Source: an uncultured delta proteobacterium (GTDB lineage Bacteria; Desulfobacterota; Binatia; UBA9968). From it: a stretch of 64,000 nt of DNA. The notes beneath the pieces were generated by a model. It ran no database searches, was not told where the DNA came from, and saw only the letters and a program-made list of their open reading frames with translations. The translations under genes and the position numbers were made by a program. The stretch spans positions 64,001 through 128,000 of the forward strand of contig CAWFJP010000014.1 in assembly GCA_963816145.1 (NCBI GenBank), read 5' to 3'. Shown in pieces: positions 59,130 through 64,000 of the stretch (its first letter is position 1; every line of letters begins with the position of its first letter).

Positions 59130-60242
59130 ATGGCCAAGAATGGTTTCCGCGCATTCGATAGCGATATGCATGTTTTCGAGCCGGCGGACTTGTACACGAC
59201 GTACATGAATCCCAAATGGGGCGAACGGATTCCTGTGGGTCGGCCGCGCGCCAAGCATGGCATGACCCGTTATTTCTTGGGCGATGGCAAGCCGATCCGG
59301 CCGCCGAGTGACGTGGTTGATTTTCATGAGAACAAGATGGCGGAGCGGTTCGCTGAGTCGTTGGCGCGGGACTATGACAATGTGTCGCAACTGGCGGCAA
59401 TGGACAAAGAAGGGCTCGACATCGCAGTGCTGTTTCGCACTTCGCCACTGCATACCAACGAGAGCTTCGAGCCGGAATACGCCAACGATCTGTGCAAGGC
59501 CTGGAATGATTGGATGGCGGACTTCTGCAAGGCGGATTCGCAACGGCTGAAGGGCTCGGCGCTGATCACGCTGCATGACGTCAATCTCGCGGTTCAGGAA
59601 GCCAAGCGCGCGGTGAAGAATGGCGCCGTCGGGCTGTCGCTTTGCCCCGAGCCGATCAATGGCCGGCAGATTCACGACCGCTACTTCGATCCGCTCTGGC
59701 ACGAAGCGCAGGAGATGAATATCCCGATCTGTTTTCACCCACCGGCGCGGCCGCAGCAGCCGCAGGTGTCCAAGGATCGTTTCGAAGGACATCCGAACCA
59801 GGCCTTGCTGGTCAACCCGCTGCGCAATCCCATCGAGCAGATCCTCGCCGTCAGCGCCTTCACTGCCGGCGGCGTGCTGGAACGCTTCCCGCGACTTAAG
59901 GTCGCTTTTCTCGAAGGCAACTGCGCGTGGCTGCCGTGGTTGCTCTATCGCATCGACGAGTATTGGGAGATGCAGGGGGCGATGGCGGATATCCCGCTGC
60001 GCCAGAAGCCAAGCGAGTATTTCAAGCAACAGTGCTTCATTTCCGTCGATGTCGACGAGAAGTTGGTCAAGAATGTCATCGACTATTTGGGCGATGACAA
60101 CATCGTGATCTCGACCGATTATCCGCATATCGATTGCCGCTGGCCGCACGCCTTGGATGAGTTCTTGTCGATTCCGGTCGCCGAACCTTCGAAACGAAAA
60201 ATTCTTTGGGATAATTGCGCCAGGCTCTATAACCATCACTAA
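59130..60242 (+). CDS. amidohydrolase_2 family protein
   Basis: DSDMH, FH, FLEG, STDYPH. Confidence 0.9.
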   Translation: MAKNGFRAFDSDMHVFEPADLYTTYMNPKWGERIPVGRPRAKHGMTRYFLGDGKPIRPPSDVVDFHENKMAERFAESLARDYDNVSQLAAMDKEGLDIAVLFRTSPLHTNESFEPEYANDLCKAWNDWMADFCKADSQRLKGSALITLHDVNLAVQEAKRAVKNGAVGLSLCPEPINGRQIHDRYFDPLWHEAQEMNIPICFHPPARPQQPQVSKDRFEGHPNQALLVNPLRNPIEQILAVSAFTAGGVLERFPRLKVAFLEGNCAWLPWLLYRIDEYWEMQGAMADIPLRQKPSEYFKQQCFISVDVDEKLVKNVIDYLGDDNIVISTDYPHIDCRWPHALDEFLSIPVAEPSKRKILWDNCARLYNHH

Positions 60243-60256
60243 ATGTTGGAGTTGCC

Positions 60257-61213
60257 GTGGTTTATTTCACGTCGTTGCTGTCAGTCGTCGTTTGTTTTTT
60301 GGCGCTAGTCCGTGGCGAAGGGCTGGCGCAAACCCGTTTCCGCGCTTCCTACGGATCCCTTTCGGTGTCCCAAGTCGTTTTACCGTTGGGTGCGCGTGCC
60401 GGGATCTTTCAAAAAAATGGCCTCACCGTCGAACCGATTTATATCGGCGGCCGATCGGTTTCGGCCTTGATCAGCGGCGATGTCCAATTCGGTATCATGG
60501 GCGGACCGCCGGCGATTTTGGCGCGGGTCGGCGGCGCCGATGTGGTGATGATCGCGGGACTGAATGGCCTCGATCAAATTCTCGTCGCGGTACCGGCGAT
60601 CAAGCGCGCTGCGGACTTGATCGGCAAACGGGTCGGCATCAGCCGTTTCGGGACCACGGCGGATTATGGCGCGCGTATCGGTCTTAAGAAGCTAAAGCTG
60701 CAAGCCCAGAAAGATGTGACACTGATACAGATAGGCGATACCCCGGCGCGCATTGGCGGCATGTTGTCGGGTGCCATCGAAGCGGCGACTTTGAACAGCA
60801 GCGAGAAAGAGTTAGCGTCGCGCTATGGTTTCCACGTGATCGCGGACCCCGCCGACATCGAGTTTCCCAGCAATGCGATCGTGACGACGCGGGCGTTGAT
60901 GAAATCCAATCGGGAGGATGTCAAACGATTTTTGCGCGGCTTGGTTGAAGTCATTCAACTCAGCAAAACCCAACCGGAGCGAACCAAAAAATTACTCCAG
61001 GAAATTTATCGGCAGAACGACGACGGCGTGATTGGCAAGCGCTACCAGGCGATGGTCGAGATGTTCCCCGATTATCCGGTTTTAACCAAAGGCGCGATTC
61101 AGTCGTTTCTCGAAATTCTCCGTGACGAGGGCAAGCTGAAAGAACCTTTCGCTCCAGAATCCTATATCGACATGAGCTTGATGGCTGAGTTGGAGCGGGA
61201 GCGGAAGAAGTAA
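60257..61213 (+). CDS. ABC substrate-binding protein (NMT1/SsuA-like)
   Basis: GIFQKNGL, LIGKRVGISRFGTTAD. Confidence 0.85.
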   Translation: MVYFTSLLSVVVCFLALVRGEGLAQTRFRASYGSLSVSQVVLPLGARAGIFQKNGLTVEPIYIGGRSVSALISGDVQFGIMGGPPAILARVGGADVVMIAGLNGLDQILVAVPAIKRAADLIGKRVGISRFGTTADYGARIGLKKLKLQAQKDVTLIQIGDTPARIGGMLSGAIEAATLNSSEKELASRYGFHVIADPADIEFPSNAIVTTRALMKSNREDVKRFLRGLVEVIQLSKTQPERTKKLLQEIYRQNDDGVIGKRYQAMVEMFPDYPVLTKGAIQSFLEILRDEGKLKEPFAPESYIDMSLMAELERERKK

Positions 61214-61234
61214 ATTGGCCTGACGGCGGCAAGG

Positions 61235-62190
61235 GTGGGATTCATGGCTTGTTGGTTTGCCAGTTTTGTCTTTGTGATACTTCTTTCGTTGCCGAGTTTA
61301 GCTCTCAGTCAGATCAAGGTACGAGGGGCTTACGGCACTCCGAGTCTCAGCCAGGTCGTTTTTCCCCTCGGTGTCCAGACCGGCATGTTTGAGCGCCAGG
61401 GACTCAATATGGAGTCGGTCTACATCGCAGGACGGTCTGTTAACATTCTATTGAGCGGCGATGTGCAATTTGGTTTTACCGGCGGGCCCCAGGTCGTCCT
61501 TGCGCGCGTCTCCGGCGCGGATCTCGTTACGATCGCCGGTCTCAATCGCTTGGGTCAAATGATAGCAGCCCATCCATCAATTAAATCACCGGCGGATCTT
61601 ATCGGCAAAAAAGTCGGTATCGGCGTTTTCGGCACCACCGCCGACTACGGCATGCGGCTCGGTCTGCGCAAGCTCAACCTGCGCGCGAACAAAGAGGTTA
61701 CGTTCATACAAGTCGGCGATGTGCCGGCGCGCATCGCTGCCGTAACTTCCGGCGCGGTTCATGCGGTGGTGCTGAGCAGCTATGATAAACATTTCCTCCA
61801 ACAGCATGGCTTGCGCTTGCTCGCGGAGACCGAAGATATCGACTTCATGGGCTCGGGCATCATGACCACGGAATCCTACGCGCGGACCAACCGGGATGTC
61901 GTTCTCAGATTGCTGCGCGGCGTGGTCGAAACTATCCGATTCATTAAAACCGAACCGAAACGAACTACTGACCTGCTGGGTCGAATCTATCGTGAAAATG
62001 ACCAAGCGATATTGGCGCGGCGCTACCAGACTCTGCTCACCGTCTATCCCGACTATCCGTATGTTTCGGTAGCGTCGATTCAATCGATCTCGATGTGCTC
62101 AAGGAAGACGGCAAGATTAAAGATGCGCCGCCCGCGCAGAGCTTCATTGATATGAGTTATTTGCGAACGGTGGAGAAGGAGCGGAGATAA
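61235..62190 (+). CDS. ABC substrate-binding protein (frameshift near 62090)
   Basis: Paralogue of 60257; true C-terminus DVLKEDGK...FIDMSYLRTVEKERR* in shifted frame. Confidence 0.82.
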
Positions 62191-62192
62191 GT

Positions 62193-62268
62193 CGTTCAAC
62201 AGTTCGAAGGTTCAAAGTTTCAAGGTTTCGTTCCGCACGTTGAACCTTTGAACGGTTGAAAATTGAAC
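62193..62268. repeat. inverted GTTCAA/TTGAAC repeat
   Basis: GTTCAACAGTTCGAAGGTTCAAAG...TTGAACCTTTGAACGGTTGAAAATTGAAC. Confidence 0.7.
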
Positions 62269-63414
62269 CGATGGCGTTAGCTCGTCAATCCCATAAAACT
62301 TCACGCAGTTGTCCCACAGTATTTTCTTCCGACTAGCGCCCGGCATTTCCTGATGGAAAAACTCTTGTGTTGCTTTGGGGAAGTCGGAGTCGCTGTGCGG
62401 GTAGTCCGATGAGAAGACGATGTTATCGTCGCCGATCTGTTGGACGACAAAGCCGACATCGGCTTCGTCGCCTTCGCAGCCGATCACGCATTGCCGTTTG
62501 AAATATTCGCTTGGTTTCATGGTCAGCAGCGGCGCGTCGTTCTTGCCCAGTTGGCCCCAGTGACGGTCCATGCGTTGCAGCCAGGCCGGGGCCCAGCCGC
62601 AATTGCATTCCAAGAAGCCGACTTTCAGCTGGGGAAAACGTTCCAAGACGCCGCCGACAATGATGTCGACCATGGTCACCATCTGGCCGGTGACATGGGT
62701 GCAGATATGGCGCAGCAAGCGATTGCCCATGCCGAAGCGTTCGAGATGGGGATAATGACCGGAGTTCGTGCATTCGTGAAAGCCGACGGTCATGCCGGTT
62801 TCTTCGAGCTCGGCCCAGAGCGGTTCCCAATAGACGCTGAACCAAGTCTGCCCCGGCAACGGCGTGGCGCGAAGAAAGGCGGTAACAAATCCGAGTTTCT
62901 CTCGCGCACGGCGGGCTTCGCGCACCGCGAGGGAAACATCGTGGGGCGGCAGCAGGGCGGCGCCGTACAAACGTTTGGGATTCTCCCGGCAGAAGTCGTA
63001 GAGCCAATCGTTGTAGGCCCGGCAAATCGCCTCCGCGAGCAACGGGTCCATATCCGGCATGGTCATGATGTGCAAGCACGCCGTTGGGAACAGCACGGCG
63101 ACATCGATGCCCTCGATGTCCATGGCTTCGAGTTGCGACTTGGCGTTGAAGTTTTGCCTGCGCGCGAAGTCTATGACATCGCCGCGGGTATTGTTGCGCT
63201 TGCCGCTGATCATGCGCAAATCATTCGCCAGCGTTGGGCTGTTCTGGCGCGGCTCCTTGCCGTCGATCATCAACAGATTCAAGTCGCCGCGCGTCGGCAC
63301 CCGAACCGGCCGCGGCGCGCGGTCTTTGAAACGCGGCTCGATATATTTCTCCCACAAGTCCAATGGCTCCATGATGTGCATGTCGGAATCGATGATTTTA
63401 AAGCCATTTTTCAT
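62212..63414 (-). CDS. amidohydrolase_2 family protein
   Basis: DSDMH, FHE, FLE, SSDYPH. Confidence 0.9.
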   Translation of the reverse strand: MKNGFKIIDSDMHIMEPLDLWEKYIEPRFKDRAPRPVRVPTRGDLNLLMIDGKEPRQNSPTLANDLRMISGKRNNTRGDVIDFARRQNFNAKSQLEAMDIEGIDVAVLFPTACLHIMTMPDMDPLLAEAICRAYNDWLYDFCRENPKRLYGAALLPPHDVSLAVREARRAREKLGFVTAFLRATPLPGQTWFSVYWEPLWAELEETGMTVGFHECTNSGHYPHLERFGMGNRLLRHICTHVTGQMVTMVDIIVGGVLERFPQLKVGFLECNCGWAPAWLQRMDRHWGQLGKNDAPLLTMKPSEYFKRQCVIGCEGDEADVGFVVQQIGDDNIVFSSDYPHSDSDFPKATQEFFHQEMPGASRKKILWDNCVKFYGIDELTPSVQFSTVQRFNVRNETLKL

Positions 63415-63434
63415 GAGCAGCCTCTGCGGCGAAG

Positions 63435-63683
63435 CTATTTCTTACCGATAAAATAGTCGGCATTGATTTTGGTGTATTCTTTCCATCGATCCGGCACCTC
63501 GCTGTCGGTAAAAATGGCGTTTACCGGACAGGCGGGGATGCACGCGCCGCAGTCGATGCAATCATCGGGATCGATGTAAAGCATCGGGTCACTGTCGGTG
63601 CCGTGGATGCAGTCCATGGGACAAACATCGATGCAGCCCTTGTCCTTCACTCCAATGCAAGGTTGGGTGATCACGTAGGTCAT
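63435..63683 (-). CDS. 7Fe (FdxA-type) ferredoxin
   Basis: MTYVITQPC...CPMDC...CIDCGACIPACP. Confidence 0.92.
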   Translation of the reverse strand: MTYVITQPCIGVKDKGCIDVCPMDCIHGTDSDPMLYIDPDDCIDCGACIPACPVNAIFTDSEVPDRWKEYTKINADYFIGKK

Positions 63684-63719
63684 GGTGTCAATGCTCCAAG
63701 CCGCGGCTATAAATTCAAT

Positions 63720-63870
63720 CTCACCACGAAGGACACGAAGTTCGGAAAAGAGTCTTGTTTATATTTTTTCCCTTCGTGAGCTTCGTGCCCTTCGTGGTGA
63801 AGTATTCCGTTGCGAACCCTTCGATATAACTCAGGGCATGCTTTGCGCCCTTTGCGGGAGATATTTCCGA
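63720..63870. repeat. composite CACCACGAAG / CCCTTCGA / CTTTGCG repeats
   Basis: CACCACGAAGGACACGAAG...CTTCGTGCCCTTCGTGGTG; CTTTGCGCCCTTTGCGGGAGATAT. Confidence 0.8.
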
Positions 63871-63893
63871 AATGCACTTGCAGCTTTGCTGCG

Positions 63894-63998
63894 TTACGCC
63901 GTGTGCAGTTTCTTGTGCTGCAATTTTGCGTGCTTGGCGGTGCAGTTGGGGATGGTACAGTACACCGGCTCAGGCGCGTTGTCGTAGCCTAACCACTT
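63894..63998 (-). CDS. 3' end of a gene entering from beyond the window
   Basis: KWLGYDNAPEPVYCTIPNCTAKHAKLQHKKLHTA*. Confidence 0.55.
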   Translation of the reverse strand, partial: KWLGYDNAPEPVYCTIPNCTAKHAKLQHKKLHTA

Positions 63999-64000
63999 CA

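Noticed and set aside
59115-60239. Long antisense ORFs (also 11095-12036, 20222-21220, 31315-32220, 62440-63456)
   Set aside because: Shadows of high-GC genes on the opposite strand with no recognisable motifs.
1-64000. tRNA, rRNA or riboswitch
   Set aside because: No cloverleaf/T-loop context or aptamer consensus recognised by eye; a cmscan would be needed to exclude them formally.

Overview
GC-rich bacterial chromosome segment. Gene content (many NMT1/SsuA-type solute-binding proteins, amidohydrolases, LLM oxidoreductases, SDRs, cupins, UbiD, TTT transporter) is typical of Candidatus Binatia/deltaproteobacterial MAGs; this taxonomy is inference. About 60 CDS form mostly small catabolic/uptake units plus a housekeeping block (family-B DNA polymerase, TPR, PAC2, GT2, TrmI, ManC, RluA). 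I found no rRNA, tRNA, CRISPR array or intact transposase. Highlights: (1) a 169-bp TA-flanked MITE in two copies, one inserted in frame (57 codons) into codon 3 of a lipoprotein amidohydrolase, whose removal restores a textbook signal peptide; (2) two orphan structured non-coding segments (1816-1960, 6478-6675) resembling IS110/IS1111 non-coding ends (bridge-RNA-like) with no recombinase; (3) an operon with two SDR paralogues that both lack the YxxxK and Gly-rich motifs, flanking a bicupin and an SBP; (4) an unannotated 65-aa gene with a sigma54-type promoter; (5) at least six families of intergenic palindromic repeats; (6) 13 orphan SBPs without permease or ATPase. Frameshifts, mostly at 43-55 kb, look like long-read assembly errors.
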